Source: Eledone cirrhosa
Taxonomy: Eukaryota
DNA length: 64,000 nucleotides
NCBI GenBank assembly: GCA_964016885.1
Contig: OZ024743.1
Span: 169,260,001-169,324,000, forward strand
Direction: 5' to 3'
Each line of letters begins with the position of its first letter. Position 1 is the first letter of the stretch. Shown here in pieces: positions 28,200-42,506 of the stretch. The position numbers and the translations under genes were made by a program. Under the pieces are notes generated by a model. The model ran no database searches. It was not told the origin of the DNA and was given only the letters and a program-made list of their open reading frames with translations.

Positions 28200-28390
28200 T
28201 TTGACGCCGTCGTGGTGAAATATTATTTTAGATAAAATGTTATATTGTTTTAATCTAAATGAAAATAAAAATTACATGTTGACACTACCGGGGTCTACCT
28301 TGTAAAATTTGATTTGATTTGGTCGAGCCGTTTGAGAATTCATAGGAACAGACAGACAAACAGAGAGACAAAGAATTTTATATATAGAGA
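28200..28390 (-). mobile_element. Helitron/HINE-like non-autonomous element terminus
   Basis: AAATTTGATTTGATTTGGTCGAGCCGTTT...(CAGA)n...TTTATATATAGAGA pattern. Confidence 0.4.
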
Positions 28391-28630
28391 GAAATATCCT
28401 TTGATATTTAATACACTATTACACCATATATATATATATACAATATGATGATAATATTATAAATAATAAATTCATAGTGTCCACTAATCAACCACCAAAA
28501 AAGAGACCTTCCTACATATGCAAATATATTCTTATTCAATAAAATAATGCCCAAAATTACAACGTATATTGGAGAAGTAAATAGTATACCACTAAAACAG
28601 CCCATCCAGATAGGTTTTTAGGGAGGGGGT

Positions 28631-28780
28631 TCAATGAGAAGGATGAGTTAGGTGAAGTGAAAGTTGCCTCTCAATCTCAGGCTGAATTGTACTAAGAATA
28701 AGTCTGAGATCTCCACGTTCCATAATTTGAAGCTTGCTCCGCTGCTTTGTAAGAAGGCAGGTGACCACACTAAATAGGAT
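28631..28780 (-). pseudogene. hAT (Charlie/Buster-like) transposase C-terminal fragment
   Basis: FSVVTCLLTKQRSKLQIMERGDLRLILSTIQPEI...HPSH* matches the C-terminal dimerisation region of this group. Confidence 0.7.
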
Positions 28781-29699
28781 GTTGAAAAGACAATGAAGAA
28801 CAATTTGACTTTCTTCCAGAGCTCCGGATGACCTGTTACACCCCCAATCAGTGGTCAAGGAATTGAACTATCATTGTTATATTTGGGGAGGGTCATGATG
28901 TCTTAATATTGCCAGAAAAAGAATAGTAAAACACACCACACTCACTCTTTGGTTCAGTAAATTTTTATATTTCTATAAATAATGTAGCTGGCAATCAATA
29001 TTTATCATTGATTGATCAGCAGTTAAAAATATAAATATAAATATAGTTTCTCAAAGTTCTTTCATCACGCATATCTGTAACGTAATCAGTGGTTATAATG
29101 TTACCATGTTTCCTCCCATGTTTTTCATTAGTAGTAGTATATATTGCTCTTCTTCGTTGGCTGTAGTGTCACCGTAGATTCCAGTGTATGGTCTTTGGTA
29201 AACTCTGTAAGCAATGTGACATCTGCCACAAATTCCGTCGATCTTGTCTGGGTATTTTCGCCCCGCTCTTTGTTTCTTTTGTTGTTGTTTTTATTGTCCT
29301 TCATCCATCTTGGTCTTTTGTTAAAATGTTTTTTGCATTCTTTTCGAGCAGATTTCGTTTCTTGCTGAATGATTTTCATGAACTCAATTTTCTCGTTTAG
29401 TGTGACATCTTCAGTGATCATCATGTTTCCATGTTTCCTTCCGTTGTTTTCTTTTGATTTTATTTATTTATTTATTTATTTATTTTTGTCTATGCGTTTA
29501 TTTGTACACGCATTTATGTGGTGTAATTCTGTTTTCTGTGTGCTCGTGCGTTCGTGTCTGAGTCTCTGTGTGTTTATGTGTATATATTCAAACTTTGATC
29601 ACTAGTATGTGTTTGTGTGTGGGAGTTGTTATTGCATCTGTGTATATTTATATTCTATCTTAGATTACTAGTGTGTGTTTGCGTATGGTTGTTGGTATT

Positions 29700-30370
29700 C
29701 CATTCATGTTTTCTGTTTAGCCTAGGTTTTCTAAATTCTATTTCTGTACCCTCCCTAATTTGCCTAATTATCGAGTCATTCAAATGTATAGATATTTTTT
29801 TTTTATTTCTATGTTGTCTAATTTACCATCATGTTTTAGTCTGGCGTGTTCATATAGTACTGAATTGTCTATTTATCCTTTTAGTTCATCTATCCTCTCT
29901 CCTATGCTACGGGCATATTATTGTCATAATTCTGCAGGCACCCTCTGTGCATCTCATACTATAGACTACATTTCTAGTTTTACAATATATTTGAGGAGTT
30001 ACACTACATATTAGACATTCCTTATTTGTACAGCAGGTTTTCTTAAAGGGGTAAGTTTTACTGATTATGGATTTTGTGGTAGTTCTTGGCTTTTCTACCA
30101 CTTTAATATTTAAATAGGTCTTTCTTGGGGCCTTTCGAAGTTGGTTTGCTAATTCATCTCCAGGGGTAGCATCCACGAACATGACACTCTGATATCTCCG
30201 ATTGACGTGCCATGAGTTGGCTTTCCCTATTATTGGCCTGGTTTTATCTATGCTATTCTATTATTTGCTCCTGTACAGCTGGCAAATTCTTTTCATGTCC
30301 ATCTCTATGAGGGTCTTGTATTTCGCCGTGGAACCTTTGTACACCCTAATTCTGTCTCTTTGGTTGTAGA
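29700..30370 (-). mobile_element. Decayed PLE fragment (thumb/linker and start of GIY-YIG)
   Basis: MFVDATPGDEL...IKVVEK...CCTNKECLIC...CKTRNVVYSMRC..C. Confidence 0.65.
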
Positions 30371-30521
30371 GATTGACATGAAAGTGATTTGTCCGCTATA
30401 GAGGAGCAAATCTCTCTCGCTCTCTTTCTCTCTGTATATATATATAACTGCACGGAAATGCCCCTTTCTTGGAGCTGATTTATTTTAAACGACTGAGAGT
30501 TTAATCTCAAAATATAATATA

Positions 30522-30568
<47 letters not shown>

Positions 30569-30662
30569 AACGATCGACTTTCGTCAAATCGGACCGAGGG
30601 AACAATGTTTCCGTTGGTCTTTCCAATTGCTAATACTATCTATCGGTCGAAACTCCAGGTAG

Positions 30663-30783
30663 AAGGAGCAACGTGAAATAAAGTGTCTTGCTCAAGGACA
30701 TAACGCATCACCTGGTCCAGGAATCGAACTCACAATCTTACGATTTCGAATCCAATTCTCTAACCACTCAGCCACACGCCTTC
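30663..30783 (-). mobile_element. tRNA-derived SINE head
   Basis: The minus strand has an A-box-like GTGGCTGAGTGGTTAGA, a B-box-like GTTCGATTCC, and then CCTTGAGCAAGACACTTTATTTCACGTTGCT. Confidence 0.75.
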
Positions 30784-31526
<743 letters not shown>

Positions 31527-31539
31527 TAGTGGTGGAACA

Positions 31540-32436
31540 CTGGAAAGTAATATCCTTAGTGATAGAGCACTCAGTCCAAGGGACGAGTTAGGTAGAAGTG
31601 GTTACACAACAGTTAGTTCACCATACCGAGAACAATTGTTTCACCTTAGCGGATCTTCAGCTCGGAATGGGCATGGTTATAGGAACAGGAAGGACAACCG
31701 TACGAACGCGCATGCGCAGAAACCCGGTCACTTCACACAGGCAATACTAGACTGCATGCGACAGGTGTAAGGGAGATAACTGCGAAAGTCCGAAAAAATT
31801 TTAGGTTGAAAATAAAATTACAAAGAATCAGTCCAGAGCCATGTAGTTATGCAATAGGTGTTTGGCGACGTGTGGACAACGTGTAAAAATTTCACTTCTC
31901 GTGTTTAGACAATCACTATTGCGTAATCTCTTTAGAATAGTTATTCGTTCGTCAATACATAAGCCACACGTCGGATTTCTCCTTGCGTATGGCTTGGACT
32001 TAGTGATGGCTTTCCATTGAATGGAGTAGTCTATACTTGAGTCCTTGGGGGACCATACGTGGCACGCGAGTTTCATGAATGAACGCCTGTCCGGGTATCT
32101 GAAGGTAGACTGGTGGTTCAGGAAACGTTCCTTGAATCGGCCCTCCCCTATGCCCACATAGGATTTGCCCTCCTGTGGTTCGTTTGGTCGGTTGGAAGTG
32201 ACCACAGCTTCATCGATTACCCGTTGTCCACACGTCGCCAAACACCTATTGCATAACTACAAGGCTCCGGACTGATTCTTTGTAATTTTATTTTCAACCT
32301 AATAACTTTTTGGACTTTCGCAGTTATCTCCCTTACACCTGTCGCACGCAGTCTAGTATTGCCTGTGTGAAATGACCGGGTTTCTGCGCATGCGCGTTCG
32401 TACGGTTTTCCTTCCTGTTCCTATAACCATGCCCAT
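31540..32436 (-). mobile_element. Truncated PLE (GIY-YIG 3' end) with inverted 3' duplication
   Basis: ORF 31828-32241(-) reads SYVGIGEGRFKERFLNHQSTF...IQW...CGLC...CPH. 31667-31881 and 32222-32436 form inverted repeats. Confidence 0.8.
31626..31665 (-). ncRNA. Minimal type I hammerhead ribozyme in the PLE 3' region
   Basis: CCGAG-CTGAAGA-T-CC-GCTAA-GG-T-GAAA-CAATTG-TT-CTCGG, with a perfect 5-bp stem I and a palindromic stem III. Confidence 0.8.
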
Positions 32437-33460
32437 CATATGCTGAGTCTGGCAAAAAGGTTGGATCCTATGGCCGGCCAGGGCTAGAGTAATATTGAAA
32501 AACGATTCTTTTATCGAAGTAGAAGGATCGGCCATTTGGAGTTCAAACCAGGCCACCTCCCCGAGTTGAACTCTGGGCAATATTGACTGTCTATTAGTCA
32601 GTGGCGAAGAGCTTGGAAATTACTGAATAATTTTTTGTGTCATATAATTTGTTGTTTTATTATTATAGCTGACCACTTATAGATAAGCATGTTATGTATA
32701 TCCGTATTAATTTGGCATTTGTATAAACCATTTCAAGTAAATAGGGACCTTTTTTACATTGACGGACATCTTTTATATTAATTATCTCTATCTATATCTA
32801 CATATAATATAAAAGATTGGAACTTCCATCATCCTTTTGCGAAACATGGAACAACCACGTCGATGCAATGATACACGTATTACAGTCAGGCAGAAGATGA
32901 ACCATCTCCTAGAGTTCACTATTCTAGGTGGGAGCACCTAGAATTGTTCATATACTATGCACAAACGGTACAACGAATAATCTGGTATATCTGGAACATT
33001 TTTTTTACTATTTATTCAATTGCATATATACATACACACATCTATACACATACATGCACGTGCATACGCGAAACGCACGCCGTACGTACATATACCAGCA
33101 CATACACATAAACACGCGCACATGTATGTAAACCAGGCACGACACATATACCTTCACACATACGAACGTTTACACCAAATACACACATATATACATATAT
33201 GTGTGTGTATGTATACATGTATACATGTGTGTGTATATACATGTAAAATATACGCACACACATATACATACATACCTACACATAAATACCTACACATACC
33301 TACACACACATACCTACACGTAAATACATATATCTTCAACAAATGTATATATACCAAAACCATATGTACACATATACACAACATACATACGTGCAAATAC
33401 ACATACACACCTATATATACACATAGACATATATACATATATGTGTATATAAACAATACA

Positions 33461-33508
<48 letters not shown>

Positions 33509-33538
33509 TACACACACACACATATATATATATATATA

Positions 33539-33585
<47 letters not shown>

Positions 33586-33806
33586 GGATTAACAAATAAT
33601 AGTTAAATGCAGTCCACTTAGGTGAAGTCCAGTTATAGTATTCCAGGTAGTGGATGATATTAACGCTTGGCTTGGTTTGACTCAACAAGGCGTTTTCATA
33701 GTGATGCTGCGGGTATGCTGTAATTCTTATGTTGTAAACACTTGGAGTAATAATAAATCAGGAAAGAAGGTTTACATGGTTTGCTATACAAAAAAGTTTT
33801 TAATCA

Positions 33807-33919
33807 CATAGCTTACATTTGTTTCACTGAACTGGTATGTCTAGAGATCGCTATCCGCTTAATTTTGCGTTACTCGATCGCCAATACAGAATTATAACCA
33901 GTCAGATCTTCGGAGCATG
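33807..33919 (-). ncRNA. HHR motif with extended stem II (PLE sense strand)
   Basis: Reverse complement of 37633-37745. Confidence 0.6.
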
Positions 33920-34650
33920 CGAGAATGCAGAAAATACACAGGCAAGAAAAGAAAAGAAAAAATGGAGTAGTTATGGCACTCAATTAGAACAATAACAACA
34001 ATTACAACAATGCTATCAATAAACTATTTAAGGAGACCCTGACATTACTTAGGTGGGGGGTATATAATGTATCTAATGTTACGGCGTGAAAACCAGCTGT
34101 CATAAGGCAAAAAGTATCGTAGTGTGTATCAATTTTAAATTATAAAGATAAGCTAGTTTTTACAGTCTTTCTCTTCATCTTCAACAGTATACATGAGTGG
34201 GACCACTGTCAAAGCTCAATAGTTGTAGAGTTAATACAGAGGTTAACGAATTAATATACGCATATATCTACGCGCACACACACACACATACACATACACA
34301 CACACACACATATGTATATATAAATATATATACACATATATGTGTACATAGACACATACATACACATCAATATACACTCGTACACAAATATACATACATG
34401 CAAAGAGAAAAGCGTGCTAATTGTAATTATGGCAAAAAGAAGGTAAAGTAACATTGTAGTAGTGAAATGAGAAAAACTAGGATCTAGGATCAAATGATTG
34501 CAGCAGCTGAGAAGGAGTAAGATTGTTGGTAGATGAGGTACTTACAGACAATTGTGTGGTATAGACTTGTGAAGGAAATAGTATACTTAATGAATATATT
34601 TCTGTGGGTAGTAGGTATCCTAATTTAAAGCTATGTTATGTTGGTTCGAT

Positions 34651-36640
34651 TCACGGAGGTTTGAATCTTATGAATTTAGTGGCTATTCTATGTCTGCAGA
34701 AGATAGATCTTTCTAACTTATTATTAAGTAGCTTTTTAACATTTCTAAGGATATACAATAGCTCAAGATCACACAGCCCGCAATAGGACATCCCTGTACT
34801 ATAGGTTTTAGCAGCCGACAACTTCGACCAGTTGATAGTGTAGCTAGTGTTGCTGTCCTTCAATTCCCATATTTTTCTGGCGAGGGTGGTGGAACCCATA
34901 AGTGCACGGTTTTTCATTGAGTGCCTGTGCACATACCATCTTTTCTTAAAAGAACCCGCGGTGGATCCTATGTAATTCCAGGTGGAGTTACCCGAGATGA
35001 CAGTGCACATGTACACCAGGCTCGAATCGAGACATCTGTTCGCCAATGGGCACCTACCTGGGAGGTGACAGTTGCAGTTTGAGGCGCTATTTTGTGCAGC
35101 TTTTACATTCCTATTTAGTACCCTGTTATAAGTGGGTTGTGATATATGCCCAATGGGGTTTTGCTGCTGCGCGTTTGTATGCGCTTGTGGTTGTGATGTT
35201 GTGATGAGTTTGTGCTTATGTATAGGTGCAATTGATTTACTTGAGATATTTCTGTGGTTGATCTTGCGTATGTGTGATTCTATGTTAGCTGCTGTTGAGA
35301 AAGAGAGTTTTATAGTAGATCTATTGAGTATTTTGTGATATCTATGCGGGATAGGGAAGTGTTTATCTATTAGTTTAAAGAATGTAGAGGGCAGTCTAGT
35401 TTTTATAGAGGAGTTGAATATTGGGTTGAACCATAGGTATTTTCTTTGTTTGTTTCTTCTATTGTTTCTAGGGTTTACGTTATTAGTGTTTTGGCCGTTT
35501 ACTCTAGGTGTTACATGTCTAACCCTATGTCTAGTCAAGCTATTCCTATTATTATGTGAGCGGTTGGAGTAGAAATTACTAGGATTGTTTATGTTGTCCT
35601 TATTCACTATATACTGTAGTTTATCTTTATGACCGGCCCTACTTAATGCTGCATTATAATAGTCAGCATGCTCGTTAAAGATTTCTAGGTTTGAGGATAG
35701 GCGGGATATTCGGAGGGATATACTACGTGCTATGGATTTAATTATGGATTTGGGGTGATTTGAGTTGTAACTAATGTAGGCAAGATTTTCATTATTTTTG
35801 TGGAAAGGTTCTATTAATCCAGTATTTAGATTTAGAGTTACATCTAGAAAATTTACCTTCTTATGGTTTAGTTCGTAGGTAATACTTAGGCCTAGTTTTT
35901 TGAAGAATATTCTAATATTTTTCCTTAGTCTTTCCATGCTCTGGTTGTTTAGGTTCCTAGCTATAAGTAACGTGTCGTCCCTATAAATTCCTCCTTGGAG
36001 GTTACTGAATTCCTTATGTACGTTGTGTGCTATGAATAGCCCCACGATATCTGTAATTTGCGCAGAATCATTTGATCCCATTGTAATATCGAAGCTATTT
36101 ATTCTATCCTTTCTTACCCAGTAGTTATTTTCAAATTTTACGATAGTCCTTCTAGCCGCTATTATTATTTCAATTTCATCATGGGTAAGATCAGAGTTAT
36201 TTTGGGCAAATATAAGCGCCTTATCTAGGGTAGCTGGGGATATGGATGCATAATAGTCGTCTATATCAAATTGTATGAAGTTACACGTCTCCCTATTTTG
36301 TATTTTATTGAACCATTTAATTGCCGCGTTAGTGTTGTCCCATAAATTGATTTCTAGTTTACCCTTTATTTGTGCGATTACCCTATCTAGAATGTTTTTG
36401 CTAATTTTACCTATGTCTGACTTGGATGGGCATATTAATCTAATGGTGGGATTAGTTTCAAAGTTATTTTTGTGATCTTTCAGGTTAAATGTAGGGTTGC
36501 ACGGGGTAAGCGGTTCGGTCCTATCTGAAATTCCGAGTTTATTAACTATCTTGAGGCCCTCCATGTTTATGCTGGTGAGTGTAGATTCATTTGTTTTTTT
36601 ATATTTTTTATGTAGTTCACGGGTTCTTTTAAGAAAAGGT
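34651..36640 (-). CDS. PLE reverse transcriptase plus C-terminal GIY-YIG endonuclease (open frame, N-terminus lost at the inversion junction)
   Basis: About 660 stop-free codons: RLICPSKSDIGK, FDIDDYYASI, FDITMGS, GIYRDD, FLDVTL, WFNP, CNC....CPL, VYMC..YIGST..FKKR..H, CGLC. Confidence 0.88.
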
Positions 36641-37632
36641 GGTATGTGCACAGGCACTCAATGAAAAACCGTGCACTTATGGGTTCCACCACCCTCGCCA
36701 GAAAAATATGGGAATTGAAGGACAGCAACACTAGCTACACTATCAACTGGTCGAAGTTGTCGGCTGCTAAAACCTATAGTACAGGGATGTCCTATTACGG
36801 GCTGTGTGATCTTGAGCTATTGTATATCCTTTGAAATGTTAAAAAGCTACTTAATAATAAGTTAGAAAGATCTATCTTCTGCAGACATAGAATAGCCACT
36901 AAATTCATAAGATTCAAACCTCCGTGAATCGAACCAACATAACATAGCTTTAAATTAGGATACCTACTACCCACAGAAATATATTCATTAAGTATACTAT
37001 TTCCTTCACAAGTCTATACCACACAATTGTCTGTAAGTACCTCATCTACCAACAATCTTACTCCTTCTCAGCTGCTGCAATCATTTGATCCTAGATCCTA
37101 GTTTTTCTCATTTCACTACTATAATGTTACTTTACCTTCTTTTTGCCATAATTACAATTAGCACGCTTTTCTCTTTGCATGTATGTATATTTGTGTACGA
37201 GTGTATATTGATGTGTATGTATGTGTCTATGTACACATATATGTGTATATATATTTATATATACATATGTGTGTGTGTGTGTGTATGTGTATGTGTGTGT
37301 GTGTGCGTAGATATATGCGTATATTAATTCGTTAACCTCTGTATTAACTCTACAACTATTGAGCTTTGACAGTGGTCCCACTCATGTATACTGTTGAAGA
37401 TGAAGAGAAAGACTGTAAAACTAGCTTATCTTTATAATTTAAAATTGATACACACTACGATACTTTTTGCCTTATGACAGGGTAATGTCAGGGTAATGTC
37501 AGGGTAATGTCAGGGTCTCCTTAAATAGTTTATTGATAGCATTGTTGTAATTGTTGTTATTGTTCTAATTGAATGCCATAACTACTCCATTTTTTCTTTT
37601 CTTTTCTTGCCTGTGTATTTTCTGCATTCTCG

Positions 37633-37745
37633 CATGCTCCGAAGATCTGACTGGTTATAATTCTGTATTGGCGATCGAGTAACGCAAAATTAAGCGGATA
37701 GCGATCTCTAGACATACCAGTTCAGTGAAACAAATGTAAGCTATG
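37633..37745 (+). ncRNA. HHR motif with extended stem II, U4C core variant
   Basis: CATGCT-CCGAAGA-T-CTGACTGGT...ACCAGTTCAG-T-GAAA-CAAATG-TA-AGCTATG. Confidence 0.6.
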
Positions 37746-37793
37746 TGATTAAAAACTTTTTTGTATAGCAAACCATGTAAACCTTCTTTCCTG

Positions 37794-37846
<53 letters not shown>

Positions 37847-37961
37847 CAAATAACGAAACGAAATTAAATTTCGCTTCGTTTGTAACTCACTTTTGTATGA
37901 CTGACGCTTAAACAATTAAGTTAAAAATATATATATATATATACATATGTATATACATATA

Positions 37962-38356
37962 TACATGGTGGCTGCCAACTCGTTTTCGAGTACGGCCACT
38001 ACTTTATATCCATGTAGGAGAACCCCTACCGATGCGCTGAACAAGTGTGACTTATTAGTCCAGCCAGCGACTTGAAAACTCTGGTACAAACACTACACTT
38101 GTGACAATTATTGATACATAGTGCTGGGCCCATGGTACCATGTGACGACAAGTGCAGAGAGATCTCCAGATATAAAGCAATGCCTGTGCCGTGAAGCTTT
38201 TATAGTGAGCAAAGGCACTGCACAAAGCCAGTCCCACTCTCTTAACCAAGATGATATTTACCAAAAAGAAGAACAAGTCAACATCATTGGATACCATCAG
38301 GGTTGCAGGTGTTATATCAGAGTTTTCCTTCTCCTAAAATTCTGCCTTGACAAAGG
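37962..38356. mobile_element. ~390-bp dispersed non-autonomous repeat, copy 2
   Basis: Co-terminal homolog of 16651-17032. Confidence 0.75.
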
Positions 38357-38491
38357 CTACATATACACATAGATACATATACATGAACACACACATATAT
38401 ATAAGTATCTATATAAGTACACACACGCAAATATAAACATATCCATAATACACATACATACACAAGCACATACACACATTCCCATATATCC

Positions 38492-38524
<33 letters not shown>

Positions 38525-39399
38525 TGTATATACATATATATATATACATATATATATATACATATATATATACATGTATACACATATATATACATAAATA
38601 TGCATAAATACATATATATACGCATGCACATATACACTCATATACGCATATATATACACACAAACACGAAATACACATATACACATAAACATATACATAC
38701 ATACACGTATATATAATATACACCTATAACATATACAAGCATAAATACGTACGAAAAAGTATACGTACCTCCACAAACATACGGGTAAGATGTACTTACC
38801 TATACAAATAAGTAAAATATACTTAGCTACCACATCAAGACGTAAATTATCCGCGTAATGTTCGTACTATCCGTTAGGGTATAATCTGGTGCTGCAATAC
38901 AGGGAGGGTTTATGCAATTTGTATTTACAAGCCGAAATTGCCTCAGATTTTTTGTTTAAGATGTGACCATTGGCGTAGAGTATTTATAGGGCTTCAGCAG
39001 CGCAAAGATCGCATCGTCTTTTGTTTCCGTTATGCGATATAGCTTTAGCTAGGATCTCCCAGTGTAACCTATATTAGACTCCAGATATAAGCTGAAAGGG
39101 ATGTCATATTCCTTTTTAAAGAGTTAAGAAAAGAAAGGGTGTGCATGTAAAGACACTGCTTGAATCTATTGGCGGTTAACCCTATGTAGGCCCTATTAGA
39201 CGTGGGTGTGTCGACCTTACATTTGTAGACAATATTAATGAAGAGGCATTTCCCGGATAGAAGCCAGTCTTCCCGATTCCTACAATTACAGATACAGTAG
39301 TGCTAGCTACAGCGTTGCTAGCTACAGCTAGGTAACTTGGCTAAATTTGATTCAGTGATATTATGTGCAAAGTTAGGAGTCATGGTTCCCTTCCCTGCA

Positions 39400-41330
39400 C
39401 CAGACCCCGCTTCCACACATGCCCTCACATTACCAACACCACCACCGTCCAGGGTCCCAACGGCCACTCTCTCTCTCTGTCCAGCATGCCTTTCGCAGCA
39501 CCTCCTCCAGCCTCGTCTACGGACTTCGCTGCACGGAGTGCGGCGCGACCTAAGTCGGACAGACCGGACGTCGCCTGGCCGACCGCTTCATCGAACACCT
39601 CCGAGACAATCGTCACGGCGGAGTTCCCCATCGCCCGCCACTTTGGCTCTGCCGGACACTCCGCTCTCAACTTGACTGTCTGCGGCCTGATTGAGTGCCC
39701 TGGAACCCTCGACGCGCGACTTAGGGCTGAACAAACGCCCCATCTTCTTATTACAGACCTGCACCTCCCGGTTTGAACTCCCCACCCCTCTTCCTTTAGC
39801 CTTCAACCGGTCTCCTCCCTCCCACTCCCCTACCTGCCTCTCTCGCCTCGCTACTAACACCACTAAAACCACTCCCAACATTAACAGCCCCCTCACCTTC
39901 CAGCCACTCCCACACCCACATTGGACCAACCCACCACTAATAATACTAACACCCCACCCTCTTTCCCTCTTACCACGCACTCGCACTCACACTCTAAACA
40001 TGCACGCACACACCAGTATATATACACTCACTCACACATATGTACACACCCATGCTACCACCACTAACCTCCACCCACATAATAATACCCACCCTACCAC
40101 ACACACGCACTCACACCCAAAACACGCACACACACACCAGTATATATACACTCACTCATACACATGTACACAGCACCTCCTCCGCCCCTCTCTCTCTCTT
40201 CCCCCCATACTACCAACACCACCTCCACCACACACCCACATCCTACTAACACCTCCACTAATATACACCCCCAAACACCCACCACCCTCTCATTCAACTT
40301 TTCACACTGACCTCACCTCCTGTCATGTCTACCACACCACCGCACACATATACACACAACTCCACACATACTTACACACATGCCACTCTCACCCCTACAC
40401 GCTTGCCAGCTACTACTTCCCATCACTGACAGCTCTGCTACTACCTCTCACCAGTCTCTTCTACTCACCTCCTCACCTCCCTCTCTCTTACACATTACCC
40501 TGCCATCTACACCCTCACCACCCTCCCCCACCACTTGACTTGACCATCTTGACCACTTCCTGTTGCGCGCGCCCCATAACATTCCACTTCCTCCTCACCA
40601 TTCCTACAGATCCTACCACAGGGCTTACACCCTAGGATACCAATGCGATTTTAACTCGGAACCGTGCCGTCACTTACACATACACATCGACAACCATTCA
40701 GAAACTTAGACACACACAGACACTTACACCATTTTCGCACACACGCAACCATACATTCCATACGAACCCACATCACCCTCTCCTCACCACAAAAACACAC
40801 ACATGTGCGCATCCTCACATACACCCACACTGCCTCCGGATTTCGCACGAACTCCCCCACTCTATCCAAACCCTTTCCATCCATACACACACACATAGAG
40901 ATTTACACTCCACCCCAACATACACAATTGTTTTTCAAAACCCACAAGCTCGTATCCCCGCTCTCCTCCAGACTCTCACACTTACATCCACGTATACCCA
41001 CACATGCGTACACCTACACACACACACATACCTCACCTTCCGCCATTCCCGTTCGAACTCCTTTTTCCTTTCCCTTCTCTCTTTCCTCCTCCATCCACCC
41101 CTCACATACCACTACCTCTACACGCCTCTCATCTTTTTACCTCTATTTTAACTTTTTATTTTCCACTTCATGTTTTATCTTTTTCTCCTGTTTTCCACTA
41201 ACTCCTCTCTCACTCCTTCTCGGAGTTCCTCCCCCCTCTCCCGATGAAGGGCTTATGCCCGAAACGTCGCACTCAAACCCCACTCTCACTAAGCATGAAC
41301 CTAATACCATTTGTAACTTGTACTCCTGCG
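39400..41330 (+). mobile_element. PLE 3' fragment: decayed GIY-YIG, long C/A-rich 3' region and minimal HHR motif
   Basis: TECGAT*VGQTGRRLADRFIEHLRD...PIARHF at about 39530-39645, and CCGATGA-A-GGGC-TTAT-GCCC-GAAA-CG-TC at 41241-41268. Confidence 0.7.
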
Positions 41331-42074
41331 TTGTTTTTTTATATTCACGCAGTTATTGAACGCTCTGGGAGTAGATATATTGTCTTTAAAACGTTGAAAT
41401 ATCCGAGATCCCAGTAGACAACTGATGAGGAACTCCCATGCCTCGTTCTTGCTTTATTCTTATTCTCATTCCATTTTTAAGCTTAACTTAACTAGCAACT
41501 GCACAACCATCGTATTCTCCATATATTTTATTATGTTTTGCTGTGACCCGTCTTCTCTCTCCCTCTACCTACCTATTTCCTTACTATCTACTCTTCCCCG
41601 TCTTTCTTCCTCTTCCATTCTCCCTCTCATTTTCACTCACCTTCTCTCCTACTGTCACCTCATTGTTTCCCTCGCCTGACCTTCTAGCAGTCCTTTTCTC
41701 ACTTACACTCGCTTGGGTTAGTCGTGTCTTTTCGTTCGATCACACGCTCTTGAACTTAAGTTCAGTTATCGTTGTGGTCTTGGATTCTCTTACCTTCAGT
41801 TACTCGCACATTGTTAACAATAATGTAAACACCCTAATCAATAGTAGGGCTTCTAGAATCGATACTGATCTTAGTGATCTTGATAAAATTAGGCATACCA
41901 CTAACATCTTTGCTGGTAGTGATCATAACATGGGTATATTCAATAATAATTGTTTCTACCTTTGGCACAAGACCAGCAATTACCAAGTACATTACTGGTA
42001 CTTTATTTTATCGACCCCATAGGGATGAAAAGGCAAAGTTAACCTCAATAATAATATTAAATAATAATAGTCGC

Positions 42075-42340
42075 CCTTTAGTGACTAAATGTAATTGTAG
42101 AATTCTTGATAATTGCCCATTTGGAGGTAAATGTCTTAAAACTAATGTTAGTTATAGATGTGAGGTTTCAACTAGGGATAATTGCTTTAATTATATAAGT
42201 GCTACTGCCAATAAATTAAAAACTGGATTCTATACTCATGCTCATTCTTTTAAAGACAAGAAGCTGAAAAATACAACTTCTCTGGCAAAATTATTCTGGT
42301 CCCTTAATGAAGATAAGATTAATTATAATATTAAATGGTA
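42075..42340 (+). pseudogene. PLE GIY-YIG endonuclease fragment (same type as 34651-36640)
   Basis: KCNCRILDNCPFGGKC....SYRCEV...YISAT...H.HSF...TSLAKLFWSL...IKW. Confidence 0.75.
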
Positions 42341-42506
42341 TGTGTGTGTGTGTGTATATACATATATTTATGTATATTTATGTGGATGTTATTTTGTATG
42401 TACGGGCTTACCTCTTTCAATTCTATATATTTCAATTTAATTTTTTTATTTATATTTTTATATATTTATTTGTATGTGTATATATATTTCTCTATATATA
42501 GTTTTA

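Larger units (their letters stand above)
33585..37800 (-). mobile_element. 5'-truncated PLE (YRDD type, probably Nematis-like) with a ~1.17-kb inverted 3' copy, flanked by (TA)n
   Basis: 33753-34938 is the reverse complement of 36640-37799, and the RT-EN ORF runs on the minus strand from the inversion junction into the left arm. Confidence 0.9.

Noticed and set aside
34651-36657. Naiad-type selenoprotein PLE
   Set aside because: The endonuclease is C-terminal, not N-terminal, and there are no in-frame TGA codons.
39691-41359. 314-aa and 231-aa His/Thr/Pro-rich ORFs
   Set aside because: They derive from C/A-rich low-complexity PLE 3' sequence with no domain motifs.
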